This document shows, piece by piece, positions 31,812 through 32,000 of a stretch of DNA of 32,000 nucleotides. A model generated the notes under the pieces. It was not told where the DNA came from. It searched no databases and saw nothing but the letters and a program-made list of their open reading frames with translations. The translations under genes were made by a program, and so were the position numbers. Position 1 is the stretch's first letter. Each line of letters starts with the position of its first letter. The stretch is from an uncultured Actinomycetota bacterium (lineage in GTDB: Bacteria > Actinomycetota > Actinomycetes > Mycobacteriales > Mycobacteriaceae), in assembly GCA_963816495.1 (NCBI GenBank), contig CAWFKY010000006.1, positions 53,677 through 85,676 of the forward strand. The letters are read 5' to 3'.

Positions 31812-32000
31812 ATGGTGTCCTCAACGGCGGAGCACGCGGAGCGGTTGCGGATGGCCGATCTTCGTGTGACCCGGCCTCGGCTCGCCGTGCTGGAGGTAGT
31901 CGACGCCCGCCCTCATGCCGACACCGAAACGATCTTCTCGGCGGTGCGGAAAGGGCTGCCCGAAGTCTCGCGCCAAGCCGTTTACGACGTGCTTAATGCA
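31812..32000 (+). CDS. furA: Ferric uptake regulator family protein FurA; 5' part, runs off the window.
   Basis: The translation MVSSTAEHAERLRMADLRVTRPRLAVLEVVDARPHADTETIFSAVRKGLPEVSRQAVYDVLNA closely matches M. tuberculosis FurA (MSSIPDYAEQLRTADLRVTRPRVAVLEAV..HPHADTETIF...VSRQAVYDVL) as I remember it. GTG 31815 aligns with the M. tuberculosis start. Confidence 0.85.
   Translation, partial: MVSSTAEHAERLRMADLRVTRPRLAVLEVVDARPHADTETIFSAVRKGLPEVSRQAVYDVLNA

Noticed and set aside
1-32000. A search for IS elements, transposase or integrase genes, toxin-antitoxin pairs, restriction-modification or other defence modules, rRNA, and IdeR or DosR boxes.
   Set aside because: None found by eye. There are no terminal inverted repeats flanking any block, no DDE, recombinase or nuclease motifs in any ORF, and no TTAGGTTAGGCTAACCTAA-like or TTSGGGACTWWAGTCCCSAA-like sites.

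Overview
This is a GC-rich chromosome segment from a Mycobacterium. The assignment rests on three PE/PE_PGRS genes with YxxxE secretion motifs, two WhiB4-type regulators, a Cfp21-type cutinase, a CmaA/PcaA-family mycolic acid methyltransferase, an LdtMt2-like L,D-transpeptidase, and FurA at the right edge. About 25 tightly packed genes are present. I found no rRNA, tRNA, IS element, prophage or CRISPR array.

Main observations:
1. 130-7670 is one gene of about 2,500 codons for a PfaC/Pfa3-like PUFA-type (pfa-like) synthase subunit. The domain order is KS, CLF, two FabA-type dehydratase units, a PKS-type DH, and a C-terminal AGPAT/PlsC acyltransferase. The frame is broken twice.
2. hrpA is also frameshifted, so this window carries three frame disruptions, none in a homopolymer run.
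3. A PE-PGRS protein is fused to a GH12 glucanase domain.
4. Two tandem PE_PGRS proteins carry PecA/PE_PGRS35-type aspartic protease domains, next to cfp21.
5. A whiB4 unit is tandemly duplicated with a 709-bp offset. Both copies keep the TTG start, the Shine-Dalgarno sequence and a leader hairpin.
6. The right half holds a cutinase/DUF1345/thioredoxin-like/MarR/cutinase block and a PPOX/DUF899/SRPBCC block.
7. furA has a promoter geometry that implies a leaderless transcript.

All family assignments come from motif recognition and remembered reference sequences, not from database searches. Start codons are often ambiguous in this GC-rich DNA and are flagged where so.
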